A stretch of 32,903 nucleotides of DNA from a virus. The first letter of the stretch is position 1. Each line of letters begins with the position of its first letter. Both the position numbers and the translations under genes were made by a program. Of the stretch, positions 32,775 to 32,903 are shown piece after piece. Where the stretch lies: the IMG/VR virus record IMGVR_UViG_3300001346_000002; one strand, given 5' to 3'. The notes below the pieces were generated by a model. That model worked only from the letters and a program-made list of their open reading frames with translations. It did not search any database and was not told the origin of the DNA.

Positions 32775-32869
32775 ACGTGATAGAGTTTTTAAATATTTGC
32801 AGCTTTGTAAAAGAGAAACAAAAAGCAGAAGCAGCACAGCGTAGAATGGAGGAACTAAAAAGAAGATGA
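32540..32869 (+). other. -1 frame open window overlapping 32094..32774. It is either the C-terminal extension of a frameshift fusion or, minimally, a 32-aa micro-ORF from the ATG at 32771.
   Basis: The frame is open for 110 codons. It ends in a TGA that overlaps the ATG of the next gene (position 60 = 32866). The ATG at 32771 overlaps the 0-frame TGA. Confidence 0.45.
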
Positions 32870-32903
32870 GCGAAGGACTAGTAACAAAGCATAGCACAAT
32901 AAC
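32807..32903. repeat. Second copy of the 97-bp terminal repeat. It duplicates the end of the micro-ORF/frameshift product and the first 38 nt of the gene at 60.
   Basis: Identical to 1..97 by direct comparison. Confidence 0.95.

Noticed and set aside
1-32903. Search for CRISPR arrays, integrase/excisionase/repressor (lysogeny module), reverse transcriptase with template/variable repeats (DGR), toxin-antitoxin pairs and transposases
   Set aside because: I recognised no regularly spaced repeats and no tyrosine or serine recombinase motifs, RT motifs or transposase-like ORFs. The genome looks like a strictly lytic, unidirectionally transcribed phage.

Overview
The window is a complete, circularly closed dsDNA tailed-phage genome. 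Positions 1..97 repeat exactly at 32807..32903, so the unique length is about 32.8 kb. Every credible gene is on the + strand, packed tightly with many ATGA, TAATG and GTGA stop/start overlaps.

The DNA is AT-rich. Gene starts have A-rich leaders rather than Shine-Dalgarno sites, TAnnTTTG-type promoter boxes recur, and there is a DUF3127-type SSB. Together these suggest a Bacteroidota (Flavobacteriia-like) host.

Modules:
- Packaging: terS and terL at 30394..32058.
- Virion block 1 (32094 through the junction to 10352): tail and host-recognition proteins, a tape-measure-like protein, an XkdF-type protease/scaffold and the major capsid protein.
- A 250-bp non-coding gap.
- Virion block 2 (10653..16348): portal, connector-like proteins and a double LamG protein.
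- Lysis cassette (16361..17719): M15 endolysin, holin-like proteins and a unimolecular spanin.
- Early region (17750..30381): metallophosphoesterase, ERF recombinase plus exonuclease, a DnaA-domain-IV-like protein, SSB, replisome organiser, DnaB-like helicase, orphan beta-class DNA methyltransferase, NinG-like protein, a nucleotide-modification cassette, a sigma-like factor and many micro-ORFs.

I found no integrase, repressor, tRNA, CRISPR array or reverse transcriptase.

Most notable observations:
1. A ThyA-fold enzyme carries the Asn177-to-Asp pyrimidine-specificity switch and sits next to a MazG-type pyrophosphatase. This predicts C5-modified deoxycytidine in the phage DNA.
2. GATC is almost absent: I found four sites by eye.
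3. A T9 slippery run lies at the entry to a 100-codon overlapping -1 frame, which suggests a programmed frameshift.
4. A 30-nt motif is conserved in front of both virion operons, and the phage encodes a sigma-like factor that could read it.
5. Iteron-like repeats sit inside the replication-organiser gene.
6. A large tail gene is split by a frame change.
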